The notes under the pieces were generated by a model. The model saw nothing but the letters and a program-made list of their open reading frames with translations, searched no databases and was not told where the DNA came from. Positions 1 to 5,809 of a stretch of 15,754 nucleotides of DNA are shown here, one piece after another. The position numbers were made by a program, and so were the translations under genes. The stretch is taken from positions 1-15,754 of IMG/VR virus record IMGVR_UViG_3300045988_040537; one strand, written 5' to 3'. How positions within the stretch are numbered: the first letter of the stretch is position 1; each line of letters starts with the position of its first letter. The stretch is from a virus.

Positions 1-32
1 GGTATCCGTATGCATTTTTTCGGTACTCCAGT
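1..32. repeat. Left inverted terminal repeat (32 bp)
   Basis: ggtatccgtatgcattttttcggtactccagt is the exact reverse complement of 15723-15754. Identity stops at position 33 (c versus the a at 15722). Confidence 0.95.
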
Positions 33-100
33 CCCCCATGATCGGGTGCTCGCTAACAGCACAGCTAATGGTACGAGGCTGGGCATTAGCACACGCTATA

Positions 101-149
101 GAAAAAATTCAAAAAAGGGCTTGCATTTTCCGGCAACCTGTGCTATACT
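101..149 (+). promoter_or_regulatory. Left-end early promoter with A-tract UP-like element
   Basis: -35 TTGCAT (121-126), a 17-nt spacer, then extended -10 TGcTATACT (141-149). A-tracts gaaaaaattcaaaaaa lie at 101-116. The predicted transcription start is near 155-156. Confidence 0.65.
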
Positions 150-154
150 AAGAC

Positions 155-558
155 CATGGAAGAGGTGAGTCGCAAGACCCGGGCGGCGATCCTCTCCATG
201 ACAGCCCGAACCGCGCGCGGGATTCACGTATGCGCGGACAGCCTGACAGCCTGACGCGAGAGCGTCAGACAGCCCGCCGCCGTGGCTGGTGGTGTGGTCG
301 TCGCCGCCGTGTATCTTGAAAACTGCATACAGGCCATGACAGCCCGGAACACGCGCAAACACGCCACGACGTGCAGAGCAGTAAAGCGCAGAGCGTGAAC
401 GTGTTTCCGGTGGGCAATCCTTAATGTTGTTTGGTAAATTGCCCGGCGGTATTCAACCCGCCTAAACATAGGGACAAAAATGTGGGATAGCCCTATGGGA
501 TGAAAAGTCTTTGAAAATTAAGACGAAACGCGCCCACGGCACGCCGCCACGCGCGGCG
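155..558 (+). ncRNA. GC-rich untranslated leader, candidate structured RNA (function unknown)
   Basis: No plus-strand ORF of 60 aa or more and no RBS. The region is visibly more GC-rich than the rest of the genome. A 5'-terminal stem pairs 155-165 with 191-200 (10 bp, one bulged A). A perfect 7-bp hairpin with a GAGA loop lies at 251-268. GACAGCC occurs five times. It lies directly downstream of the 121-149 promoter. Confidence 0.3.
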
Positions 559-594
559 CGTCGGCAAACACCAAATTTAACAACAAAAGGAGAA
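542..594 (+). repeat. Intergenic module copy 1: GC hairpin + CGTCGGCAAA + A-rich tract + RBS
   Basis: The hairpin pairs cgccgc (542-547) with gcggcg (553-558), followed immediately by cgtcggcaaacaccaaatttaacaacaaaaggagaa. Positions 555-594 match 933-972 at 38 of 40 positions. Confidence 0.85.
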
Positions 595-599
595 CTATT

Positions 600-926
600 A
601 TGAACACGAAAACCGCGATCCAGATTCTAGCTAATGAAAAGGTCAACACAATCCTAAATGAGCGAGACAACGCGCCATATAGCAAAACCGTAGCGCACCA
701 GACGCTGAACCGCCTAAATAGCTGTCAGGCATGGACATATGAAGATGGCTATTTTATCGTCCTTATCTCTTATAATACAGAAGTGGCGCGCATAGACACG
801 CGAACACGCATTTGCTATGATTATCTGCGTAAAGTCTACGGCTACACGGCAACCAGCGCACAGCACATTAGCAAATTCATGAAAAAGTTTGGGGTGATTA
901 AGAAAGTGACATACCGCCCGGTTTAA
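600..926 (+). CDS. Hypothetical early protein (108 aa)
   Basis: ATG lies 8 nt after AAAGGAG of module copy 1. It is the first ORF after the left-end promoter. I recognise no motif with confidence. Confidence 0.75.
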   Translation: MNTKTAIQILANEKVNTILNERDNAPYSKTVAHQTLNRLNSCQAWTYEDGYFIVLISYNTEVARIDTRTRICYDYLRKVYGYTATSAQHISKFMKKFGVIKKVTYRPV

Positions 927-972
927 TCGGGCGGCGCGTCGGCAAATACCAAAATTAACAACAAAAGGAGAA
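914..972 (+). repeat. Intergenic module copy 2
   Basis: The hairpin pairs ccgcccg (914-920) with cgggcgg (928-934). The TAA stop of the upstream ORF (924-926) sits in the loop. The sequence cgcgtcggcaaataccaaaattaacaacaaaaggagaa follows. Confidence 0.85.
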
Positions 973-978
973 AGAATT

Positions 979-1155
979 ATGAGAAGCTACACTGTAGTAT
1001 ATGACCCGAATAAGGGTTATTGCGCATGGGTAAGAGGGAATGGATTCAAATATCAGGTTTCTTTCTGGTACAAATCCCTCGCGCGTCTTAATCGCTATTG
1101 GGGTTTCCAGAACGGCATCCGTTTTAAATCTGTAAAGGACGTGGTTTACAAATGA
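979..1155 (+). CDS. Small hypothetical early protein (58 aa), absent from the ORF track
   Basis: My translation is MRSYTVVYDPNKGYCAWVRGNGFKYQVSFWYKSLARLNRYWGFQNGIRFKSVKDVVYK. The ATG lies 8 nt after AAAGGAG of module copy 2, the same geometry as the other two module-led genes. Confidence 0.65.
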   Translation: MRSYTVVYDPNKGYCAWVRGNGFKYQVSFWYKSLARLNRYWGFQNGIRFKSVKDVVYK

Positions 1156-1292
1156 CAGACGCAATCACACACGGCTTCGGCTGTACGGCGCTTTTCATCA
1201 TCATCAGCGCGATTAGTTTTTTAACCTTAATTGGCTTTGATTCTCTTTATCAGGAAATTAAAAAATGGTGGAAACATCGTCGAGGGAATTAA
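1152..1292 (+). CDS. Small putative membrane protein (46 aa), absent from the ORF track
   Basis: An ATGA start/stop overlap links it to the previous ORF. My translation is MTDAITHGFGCTALFIIISAISFLTLIGFDSLYQEIKKWWKHRRGN, which has one hydrophobic helix and a basic tail. Its TAA stop lies in the loop of the module 3 hairpin. Confidence 0.55.
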   Translation: MTDAITHGFGCTALFIIISAISFLTLIGFDSLYQEIKKWWKHRRGN

Positions 1293-1332
1293 TCCCTCGC
1301 GTCGGCAAATCCAAATAAACAACGAAAAGGAG
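1281..1332 (+). repeat. Intergenic module copy 3
   Basis: The hairpin pairs cgaggga (1281-1287) with tccctcg (1293-1299). The TAA stop (1290-1292) sits in the loop. The sequence cgtcggcaaatccaaataaacaacgaaaaggag follows. Confidence 0.8.
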
Positions 1333-1339
1333 TAATAAA

Positions 1340-1630
1340 ATGATCGACTTTGAAAAGGTATTTGCAGTTAGCGCAGATATCCAGCCCTATTGTGTAACTC
1401 TGCGCCCCGAAAATCTGGAACGTACCTACGGAGTATTCCTTGCCAGAATGGCAACCACGTTTGACGTTTCCGACGCACTCGCGGCAGAACTTGACTGGAT
1501 TGACAATGAATACAATGGCATCGTAACGCAGACTTTCGGGCGCTATCAGTTAGCACTTTCTCGCGAAAACTGGCTGTCCGTTGCCGTAGTAACGTCTTAT
1601 CGTTATTACAACGGAGGTAGACGCTCATGA
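1340..1630 (+). CDS. Hypothetical early protein (96 aa)
   Basis: ATG lies 7 nt after AAAAGGAG of module copy 3. An ATGA overlap links it to the next ORF. Confidence 0.75.
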   Translation: MIDFEKVFAVSADIQPYCVTLRPENLERTYGVFLARMATTFDVSDALAAELDWIDNEYNGIVTQTFGRYQLALSRENWLSVAVVTSYRYYNGGRRS

Positions 1631-1863
1631 TTAGTGTTATCAACAAAAAATACACTCGGGACGAGGTATCACGCCTAATTGACGCATTTGACCGACTAAA
1701 TGCAGAGTGCTGTGAAGTGTTCGATGGTGTTTGTGACACATGCGAATACAAAACTCTTTGTTGCGACATTCAGAGAACCGAGCAGTTCCTGCTGGACCGG
1801 CTAAATGCAGGATTTTACGGCGATAAAAAGCGCGTCCATCGGTCAAAATTACGCGATAGTTAA
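1627..1863 (+). CDS. Cys-rich small early protein (78 aa), possible metal-binding
   Basis: GGAGG RBS lies upstream and the start is translationally coupled (ATGA). The cluster CCEVFDGVCDTCEYKTLCC holds 7 Cys within 19 residues. Confidence 0.7.
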   Translation: MISVINKKYTRDEVSRLIDAFDRLNAECCEVFDGVCDTCEYKTLCCDIQRTEQFLLDRLNAGFYGDKKRVHRSKLRDS

Positions 1864-1874
1864 ATATTTAACGG

Positions 1875-1903
1875 TTGACAATTTCTGCAATCTATGTTAT
1901 AAT
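1875..1903 (+). promoter_or_regulatory. Consensus sigmaA-type promoter for the p6-like/SSB-like unit
   Basis: TTGACA (1875-1880), a 17-nt spacer, TATAAT (1898-1903). Both hexamers match consensus perfectly. Confidence 0.75.
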
Positions 1904-2052
1904 TATGGCGTAGCCAGCAAGAGAATCCATATCTTTTCTTCCTCCGCGGGCGCAGCGCTCTCCCGCCAAACCCGCACACGGGCGGCACAGTTGCTTGTTC
2001 AGGTGCAACCCCTGATCCGCCCAAAATATCAACTCTTAGGAGGAACAACAAA

Positions 2053-2358
2053 ATGAGAAAGCCCATGATTACCCGCACCATCCAGACCACCCGCGCAACC
2101 GTGATGTTTATCGACACCACCAACCCCACCCCGTACACCGACGACATTGTGCTCCCGCGCACCTACAAGAACGACGACGCCATGTTGAAGCTGGTAAAGC
2201 AGATGTGTGAGACGTCCACGATCAAGGCCGTGGCTATCATGTCCAGCACGGTTGAGAGCGCGCTTTACGGCATGAGCGAGAGCGACTTTGTCGCCCACGC
2301 GCACATCATCGAGAAGCCCAGCAAGGCCGATATCGACAACGACACCGAGAACAACTAA
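2053..2358 (+). CDS. Putative phi29 p6-like dsDNA-binding (histone-like) protein (101 aa)
   Basis: Size and position match phi29: 101 aa versus 104 aa for p6, directly upstream of an SSB-like gene and the TP-pol pair. As I recall p6, its N-terminal ITKTTVNV and C-terminal VYELPVEKFLEVA resemble ITRTIQTTRATV and ALYGMSESDFVAHA here. The tail is acidic. Codon usage is GC3-rich, as in the capsid gene, which suggests high expression. Confidence 0.55.
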   Translation: MRKPMITRTIQTTRATVMFIDTTNPTPYTDDIVLPRTYKNDDAMLKLVKQMCETSTIKAVAIMSSTVESALYGMSESDFVAHAHIIEKPSKADIDNDTENN

Positions 2359-2373
2359 AGGAGGAACTGAACA

Positions 2374-2751
2374 ATGGAAGGCTACAAGGCAAATATCACT
2401 TTCGCAAGCAAGGAACTGACGGGCAAAGAGAAGGTCATGCTTAAAGACCTCACAAACGCCGTCTCTCTCGACGACGCTACCGACGGCAATGCACCTCTTG
2501 TCGTCGACCTCGACTATTACGCACTCATTCACATCCACAACGAACGTAGTGAAAACAAGGAATACGACGTGTGTGTCATCGTGGACAAGGCCGGAACAAA
2601 GTATCGCACGGGTTCCGAGAGCTTCCGCACCTCGCTCGAGGAAATCGTGGAGGATATGGCCGACACTGGTGAGGAGTGGAGTCTCAGCGTCTACCGCATG
2701 CCCAGTAAGAACTACAAGGGCAAGAGTTTCATCACCTGCTCTGTCGTGTAA
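2374..2751 (+). CDS. Putative phi29 p5-like single-stranded DNA-binding protein (125 aa)
   Basis: 125 aa versus 124 aa for phi29 p5, at the same syntenic position. The C-terminal pattern VIVDKAGTKYRTGSESF...LSVYRMPSKNYKGKSFITCSV parallels my recollection of p5 TIFAADGSLYSAISKTV...VKVVQGTSSKGNVFFSLQL. AAAGGAGG RBS. Confidence 0.5.
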   Translation: MEGYKANITFASKELTGKEKVMLKDLTNAVSLDDATDGNAPLVVDLDYYALIHIHNERSENKEYDVCVIVDKAGTKYRTGSESFRTSLEEIVEDMADTGEEWSLSVYRMPSKNYKGKSFITCSVV

Positions 2752-2757
2752 GTGATT

Positions 2758-2808
2758 AGCAAGAGGGCTTCCGGTTATGCGTCTTTTCCGGAAGCCCTCT
2801 TGCTTTCT
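2758..2808 (+). terminator. Intrinsic terminator or attenuator (17-bp perfect stem, weak T-tract)
   Basis: agcaagagggcttccgg (2758-2774) pairs perfectly with ccggaagccctcttgct (2788-2804) around a 13-nt loop. Only ttct follows. Confidence 0.7.
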
Positions 2809-2821
2809 ACGGAGGTAAGAT

Positions 2822-3535
2822 ATGGCTAATGACTATTCTGCGGAATACGCTAAAGAAATAAAGCGAATAAAGAGCTTTACTTCTAAAGCAACTAAGAGGG
2901 GCTACAGATTCCCTGAAAATGTGGTTCCCGCAACGCCGAAAAGGGTAACTAAGAAATCACTAGAAAGAGTTCGCGCAATCACGCCACAAACACTATATCA
3001 AAAAGCAACATATTATGACCCGTTGACGGACGCTCTGTTTCCGGGCGAAGTAGGCCGCACCATTGAACGATCAAGAGCCGCGAAGAAGGCGGCAAAGACT
3101 AAATACGAAAAACACATAAAGACTACGGTTTCAGAACCCGGACAGCCACCTAACGACGTCGACACGGTGTTGCGATGGGTTGAAGATGAACTTGCTAAAT
3201 GGAACATCGAGGATTTAGGACTACCATCGTGGGCGCATTGGAAGCGCAGGACTATAACCTACGACAAGAACACCTTGCAAAGTGTACTTGATGGCGCAAT
3301 AGCCAGAGACGGCAGACGCGCAGTCGCACAAAGGTTACAAGCCCACGCCACACAGATAAACGATAACGTGACGGATATCCTATATAACATATCAGAACGA
3401 GCGAATGTAGCAAGTGAGCTTGTTTGGTTCGGGACAGTGATAAAGGGAGAAGCCTTAACCGAGCTAGAGCGTATGCGGATATCCGTTGCGGAAGTTGAAT
3501 TTGGTTGGGAAGATAATGAGGACGAGGTCTGGTAA
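2822..3535 (+). CDS. Candidate terminal protein (replication primer), 237 aa
   Basis: It lies immediately upstream of the protein-primed PolB and overlaps it, as phi29 gene 3 does with gene 2. The size is similar (237 versus 266 aa). The N-terminal half is basic and the C-terminus acidic. The genome has ITRs. I did not recognise any direct sequence motif. Confidence 0.6.
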   Translation: MANDYSAEYAKEIKRIKSFTSKATKRGYRFPENVVPATPKRVTKKSLERVRAITPQTLYQKATYYDPLTDALFPGEVGRTIERSRAAKKAAKTKYEKHIKTTVSEPGQPPNDVDTVLRWVEDELAKWNIEDLGLPSWAHWKRRTITYDKNTLQSVLDGAIARDGRRAVAQRLQAHATQINDNVTDILYNISERANVASELVWFGTVIKGEALTELERMRISVAEVEFGWEDNEDEVW

Positions 3536-5474
3536 AGTTTTGGTAGCCGACTTTGAAACAACCGTATACGAGGGGCAGGTCAATACAGAAGTTTGGGCGG
3601 CGGCGTGTGTTGAACTGTTCACAGAAGATGTGAAGATTTTTCACTCGATCGGTGAACTGTTCGACTACTTTGCCAGCCTAGAAAGCAACATCGTTTGCTA
3701 CTTCCACAACTTGAAGTTCGACGGTTCTTTCTGGCTAAGCTATCTCATGGATGTGCTCGGCTGGTCGCAAGCAATGGTTGTGCATGGCGAGGACGACATT
3801 GAATTTCTCAAGCCTAGGGAAATGCCAAACAACACATTTAGTTACAGCATATCTTCGATGGGGCAATGGTACAGAATACTTATTAAATACCGCAACAAGA
3901 TAATCGAATTGCGTGACAGCCTTAAACTACTACCATTCACAGTTGAAAAGATCGGTAAGAGCTTCAAGACAAAGCACAAGAAACTAGACATGGAGTACAC
4001 TGGTTTTCGCTTTGCTGGCTGCGAAATAACAGAGGACGAGAAAAAGTACATCGCCAACGACGTGCTTGTGGTCAAGGAAGCTGTTGAAATCATGTTTCAG
4101 GAAGGGCACAAGAAATTGACAATAGGGTCTTGCTGTTTGGCTGAGTATAGGCAGATTCTCGGCAACAAGAGATTCAACGAGCTTTTTCCTGATGTATATG
4201 AAATTCAGCTTGACGATTCATTTGGAAGTCCAAACGTTGGTAAATACATCAACCAGTCTTACCGGGGAGGATGGTGCTATTTAGCACGAGGAAAAGAACA
4301 GCAACTCAAGCATAATGGCACAACAGCAGATGTTAATTCACTGTACCCATCCATGATGTCGTCAGAATCCGGTAACACTTATCCCGTGGGAATCCCGACC
4401 TTTTGGCGAGGAGACTACATTCCAGAAGAAGCAAATGCTTACGACAAGTTTTATTTCGTTCGGTTCAAAACACGCTTTTATTTGCGCCCCGGAAAATTAC
4501 CTTTTATTCAGATAAAAAACACCCTTTCTTATCGTGCCAACGAAATGCTTGAATCCTCCGACCGCTATAACCCAGCAGATGGCAAGTATTACAAGGAGTA
4601 TTATGACGTAAACGGCGATTTACAGGAAGCAAGAGTTGTAATGACCATGACGCAGACCGACTTCAAGCTATTCAAGGAGCACTATGAACTGGTTGACTTT
4701 GAGATTCTGGATGGCTGTTACTTTGAAGCTAGAATAGGGATTTTTGACGAGTACATTGAGAAGTACAAGAAGATTAAGCTAGAGAGCACAGGAGCTAGGA
4801 GAGAGCTTGCTAAACTGTTCTTGAACAACCTGTACGGGAAAATGGCAAGTAGTCCTGTCAGCAACTTCAAGATAGCCTATCTAAAAGAGAACGGCGTAGT
4901 CGGCTTCAACACCATTCTAGCCAATGATAAGAAACCGGGCTACATCCCCGTCGGCTCTGCCATCACCAGTTACGCTAGATGCTTCACCATCCGCGCGGCA
5001 CAAGCGAACTATCAGGGCTCAGATAAACCCGGCTTCATCTACGCAGACACTGATTCAATACACTGTGACCTACCAGCAGACCAAATCAAGGGCATTAAAG
5101 TTCACGATAAGAATTTCTGTTGCTGGAAGCTAGAAAGTTCATGGGACGATGCTTACTTTGTGCGTCAGAAAACATACATTGAACATGTCACGCATGAGAA
5201 TCTTGAACCAGTAGACAAGCCTTATTACAGCGTTAAGTGCGCAGGAATGCCCCAGCACTGTAAAGACCTGTTCGTCATGAGTATGACAGGTGACTACGAC
5301 ACAGAACTAACAGAGGAAGAACAAGATTTTCTTTACTACGACAAAGAACACACGCAAAAGCACATTAGAACATTACAAGATTTTGATATAGGTCTATGTG
5401 TTCCCGGAAAACTTCGCCCTAAAACGATCAAAGGCGGCGTTCTGCTGGTGAACAGCATGTACCAAATGAGGTGA
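3516..5474 (+). CDS. Protein-primed family-B DNA polymerase
   Basis: Exonuclease motifs: ExoI VADFETT, ExoII FHNLKFDGSF, ExoIII YIANDVLV. Polymerase motifs: A DVNSLYPS, B KLFLNNLYGK, C YADTDS, and KxY QKTY. I prefer the ATG at 3516 to the TTG at 3486 used by the ORF track. The 20-nt overlap with the TP gene implies coupling. Confidence 0.95.
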   Translation: MRTRSGKVLVADFETTVYEGQVNTEVWAAACVELFTEDVKIFHSIGELFDYFASLESNIVCYFHNLKFDGSFWLSYLMDVLGWSQAMVVHGEDDIEFLKPREMPNNTFSYSISSMGQWYRILIKYRNKIIELRDSLKLLPFTVEKIGKSFKTKHKKLDMEYTGFRFAGCEITEDEKKYIANDVLVVKEAVEIMFQEGHKKLTIGSCCLAEYRQILGNKRFNELFPDVYEIQLDDSFGSPNVGKYINQSYRGGWCYLARGKEQQLKHNGTTADVNSLYPSMMSSESGNTYPVGIPTFWRGDYIPEEANAYDKFYFVRFKTRFYLRPGKLPFIQIKNTLSYRANEMLESSDRYNPADGKYYKEYYDVNGDLQEARVVMTMTQTDFKLFKEHYELVDFEILDGCYFEARIGIFDEYIEKYKKIKLESTGARRELAKLFLNNLYGKMASSPVSNFKIAYLKENGVVGFNTILANDKKPGYIPVGSAITSYARCFTIRAAQANYQGSDKPGFIYADTDSIHCDLPADQIKGIKVHDKNFCCWKLESSWDDAYFVRQKTYIEHVTHENLEPVDKPYYSVKCAGMPQHCKDLFVMSMTGDYDTELTEEEQDFLYYDKEHTQKHIRTLQDFDIGLCVPGKLRPKTIKGGVLLVNSMYQMR

Positions 5475-5477
5475 CAT

Positions 5478-5771
5478 ATGATTTACATTTTCAACGAGTT
5501 CAGCGGTCAGCCTATGCGCTTCAATATGACCGTGTTAGCGCCTGACAATCCATATCAAGTAGTGGACATTTATGTGCGGTCAGACCTACGCAACACCGAC
5601 CTTAAAATGTCGGAATTCAGGCCGTGCCATGAATGGAAAGAGGTTCGCTCGATTCTTGAGCACTTTGGTTTTGCCAAAGAGCGCGATCAATTTCTTTACT
5701 TCCGCGATGGCAAGATTATTCCAGCTCTTTCCAGCGTGGGTTACGACGGGCTTTTCACAGTAACAGTCTAA
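5478..5771 (+). CDS. Hypothetical protein (97 aa), positional analogue of phi29 gene 1
   Basis: ATG lies 4 nt after the polymerase stop, with a GAGGTG RBS. No motif recognised. Confidence 0.65.
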   Translation: MIYIFNEFSGQPMRFNMTVLAPDNPYQVVDIYVRSDLRNTDLKMSEFRPCHEWKEVRSILEHFGFAKERDQFLYFRDGKIIPALSSVGYDGLFTVTV

Positions 5772-5774
5772 ACT

Positions 5775-5809
5775 AAAATCCCCTGTAGAATCATCTACAG
5801 GGGATTTTT
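5775..5809. terminator. Bidirectional intrinsic terminator between convergent genes
   Basis: aaaatcccctgtaga (5775-5789) pairs with tctacaggggatttt (5794-5808) around a 4-nt loop. An A-tract on one side and a T-tract on the other give a U-tail on either strand. Confidence 0.85.

Noticed and set aside
1-29. Possible hairpin within the ITR (ggta-ccg at 1-8 pairing with cggtac at 21-26)
   Set aside because: It has only 6 bp with a bulge, which is within chance expectation. Protein-primed termini do not require hairpins.
156-254. 32-codon ORF (MEEVSRKTRAAILSMTARTARGIHVCADSLTA) starting at the predicted transcription start, which would make it a leaderless mRNA. A second mini-ORF begins at 336 with the same MTAR start.
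   Set aside because: The coincidence of the ATG with the predicted +1 is intriguing, but the start site is only predicted and the peptides are short and low-complexity. The repeated ccatgacagcccg motif is explained equally well as an RNA or DNA motif. I do not call it a gene.
96-469. Minus-strand ORFs 96-362 (88 aa) and 224-469 (81 aa) in the left-end region
   Set aside because: Neither has an RBS upstream of its start. The products are low-complexity and Arg/Ala/Thr-rich, as expected from random frames in GC-rich DNA. They run towards the genome end against the adjacent promoter. I treat the region as non-coding.
955-983. Promoter-like TTAACA-17-TATGAG inside module copy 2
   Set aside because: The -10 is poor, and the equivalent positions in copies 1 and 3 give no -10-like hexamer. 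The repeat is therefore unlikely to be a sigmaA promoter.
955-1164. Minus-strand 69-aa ORF listed in the track
   Set aside because: It is antisense to the 979-1155 ORF, which has the conserved module, an RBS and translational coupling. The minus-strand ORF has no RBS and would be the only leftward gene in the early block.
2029-2538. 169-aa minus-strand ORF
   Set aside because: It is antisense to the p6-like and SSB-like genes. Long antisense frames are expected opposite GC3-rich genes. It has no RBS and spans an intergenic RBS of the sense genes.
3486-3515. Upstream start extensions used by the ORF track: TTG 3486 for polB, ATG 7065, GTG 7516, GTG 9202, TTG 10951 and ATG 13511
   Set aside because: In each case an internal ATG with a properly spaced GGAGG-type RBS exists (3516, 7083, 7528, 9220, 11005, 13574). 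Several extensions start inside the upstream gene or inside the RBS itself.
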